DNA of 64,000 nt from positions 62,001 through 126,000 of the forward strand of contig NW_026782001.1 in assembly GCF_031769215.1 (NCBI RefSeq), written 5' to 3'. Origin of the DNA: Ylistrum balloti (lineage: Eukaryota). Positions 61,701 through 64,000 of this stretch are shown in pieces. The notes beneath the pieces were generated by a model that worked only from the letters and a program-made list of their open reading frames with translations, did no database searches and was not told the origin of the DNA. The number at the start of each line of letters is the position of its first letter. The first letter of the stretch is position 1. The position numbers and the translations under genes are program-made.

Positions 61701-63899
61701 TCCTTTTCTTGTCAGGCAAAAAATGCAGTGAATGAGTTTTGCATAATAAAGAAAATATGTTTTGAAGCATATTGTACATCTAAGAAGTTAAACGTAGCTT
61801 TTTACCTTGACAACACATACTTATGGTACATGTCAGAGATATGTAAAGCACAACCATTAGCTTAAATATCAATTGTTTGGTGATTTGTGACAAACTGTAC
61901 AATTATATATACTGACCCTGTTATCGTGACGTTCACTCTTGTTGTATCTGTTTTAAATCATCAGAACAAGAAATTTCCTTCTTTTTTTTCTTCATACCAT
62001 AGGTACTTTAGTCTCTATTAGTCTCTATCATTCTTCAGTATTTCTATCTTTAAGTAAAGATTTACCTGGAGTTGCCAGCATCTTCATGTATAAATTATTT
62101 CACTCTCTAAGTAAAGATTTACCTGGAGTTACCAGCAATGTTGTAGCGGATTCCAGCTCTCACAGGCTTTCCAAACAAGTAGCCAGGGTTTCCACTCTTT
62201 TCCACCACATTTGCCTCGGATGACTGTAACAGACAGAATGCAATCTCTGATATTAAGCAATGACCTTTACCGAAGTTAAACCTATTAGCTAAGGCATGTA
62301 AACAAAGAGTTCAAACTTGTTATTAGAAGATATGAAAAATATGACCAATGCAAGTTGAATATTTTGTATAATGAAATTTCGAGTGATATTGACATTTTCC
62401 ATTTTCCAGCACACAAAAAAAAAAAAAAAAAAGAGAAAAAACCCTAGAGCCAATAAATTTGTCCACCTTTTAGCATGGCCAGGTCAAATTCATAAGGGAG
62501 CTGAGGATTTGATTGAGCAGATAGGAATGTATTTAAATATGTTCAATAGACTGGTGACGTTTGTGGCTAAACCTAACACAGATCTTAGTTTCAGCCTATT
62601 GTCACAGAACAATACTTCCAGCCATAGCTCTCTGATTGGTAAAGAAAATTCCAATCAGTTTACTACTCTACCCAGCAACAGTTGTATGCTAAAAACAATG
62701 CCACAATTTTTCAGATGAGTGTTATGCATGCATATGATCACTCTGAGGCAAAGGAGTATTATACTATAAACTTAAAAAAAAAACAAAACCCTGACAGGCT
62801 AAGGTGTTCCTGATACCGTTCAGATTAAGATTAGCATCAATTAGGAACTAGTATTGATCTGCTTTGAAAGTAATTCTCAGCCAGGACATTATGTTAGAAT
62901 GCACAGGATTATGGTATTAGGACATCTATTTTAGTTGTCTTTCTAGTCAGTTACAGTAAAAGTCACAGACTAAGATATCTTAAAGAAAATCAAGATAGTA
63001 GGTAATATAGATATGATTATAATACATCTTTGCACCAAGTTTCAAGTTGATATTTGTAGAGTTGATTGAGTATAATTTTCCTTGATCACAGAGTATATTT
63101 TGTATCACACTTGAGGACAGCATCTTTTTTATGAAAATGAATAACACATTTTAATACAAATTTAGGGTTAGATACAGTAGAGCCAAACAATGAATTCAAC
63201 TGCATCATACTAAGACTTGTCAGTGATGTTAGAGTTCTAAATTTTGAAGCCTAGGAGGCGAGAAAAATTCAAAGTGATTTAAAGAAAACAAAAAATTTAG
63301 ATGTGGATGTGCACAAGCCCTATATTTCAATAAATTCCATAATTTTCATAGATCAGATAATTTTAGAACAACAGGAAGTATATGTATATTCTAGATCATA
63401 CCACTATTCAAATGAATTGAAATGAACACAGAGAATGAAAGTGATGGTAACCCCTGGAGTATTGAGGATGATGACCTGCATGCTACGTTTGAATTCATTT
63501 GAATAGTGGTACAGTTCAGAATTTGCAGTGTCAGGTACGTCTGGATTTGATAGGAAAGTGATTATGCTTTACTTATCAAAAATGTTCCAATTTCATATTT
63601 ATGTACATTTTTTTCCCAATTTCATACCATTACATCCAGAAAGCAGAAAAGATGGGCATCTTTGTGCCAGTTTTCATCAGTATATATAAAAGATGTTTTT
63701 ATCTTTTGTTGAAATATTTCAACAAGTAGCCTACTATCATACTTACTCCTACAAATTTAGTGCTGTATTTCTGAGTGATTGGTAGACTGGTCTGGTCAAT
63801 ATTTCCCAGAGTCAATTTAACCCTGGCAGAGGTCACGACCTGCTGTACGTCTATCAGGAATTCAGGTATATCACTTCCATAACCAAGAATATACTCCAC
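58748..63899 (-). CDS. TCTN1: Tectonic family protein (TCTN1/TCTN3-like), 3' six exons; 5' part lies beyond the window. Exons 63899-63747, 62223-62123, 61525-61394, 60982-60796, 59685-59533, 58990-58748.
   Basis: KSGNPGYLFGKPVRAG, GDC...RLQVNFGEDVRTGC, AIFGNSDP...DWVPI, ILYANIGALVNPQRKILGV and VTFIDVSKP..PPIFLAKLPYDFFYPF match tectonic motifs; phases are consistent (0,2,2,0,0). The paralogue symbol is uncertain. Confidence 0.9.
60070..60792. repeat. 30-bp minisatellite (CATAGTCTAGTCAGTACTGTATAAGATATA), about 24 copies, starting directly after a tectonic splice donor
   Basis: Unit read directly; line 60241 shows two exact 30-bp periods. Confidence 0.95.
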
Positions 63900-64000
63900 C
63901 TGGAAACAAATTGATGCAAGATCCGACATGATCATTGAATGAATAAAATAAAATCTTCAGTTAAAAATTTTGGCATCCTTACATTTAACTGCCACAGACT

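Overview
AT-rich, intron-containing animal DNA, most likely a bivalve mollusc (inferred from the repeat families and gene content; no prokaryotic features and no CRISPR). Seven protein-coding genes were assembled by hand from GT-AG junctions with consistent phases: a single-CRD TNF-receptor-like gene (-), POLR2L/RPB10 (-), a tetraspanin (+), two divergently oriented small type-I membrane receptors (gene A on -, gene B on +) that look like paralogous mini Nimrod/Draper-type receptors with tyrosine-motif tails, API5 (+), and the 3' part of a tectonic gene (-). Mobile DNA includes two larger CR1/L2-type LINE copies and a small LINE 3' remnant, a decayed mariner, a solo LTR, two tRNA-derived SINEs, Helentron-associated (HINE-like) elements with internal satellites, and several minisatellites. 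The most unusual structure is a 33-bp tandem array (about 27 units) in gene A whose unit is the end of coding exon 2 plus its 5' splice donor. It creates 13 consecutive in-frame donors, each adding a cationic Cys-containing 11-aa unit. A segment of this array has also been copied about 3.3 kb away, inside an 83-bp direct duplication. No database searches were run; product calls rest on motif recognition, and exon models need RNA-seq confirmation.
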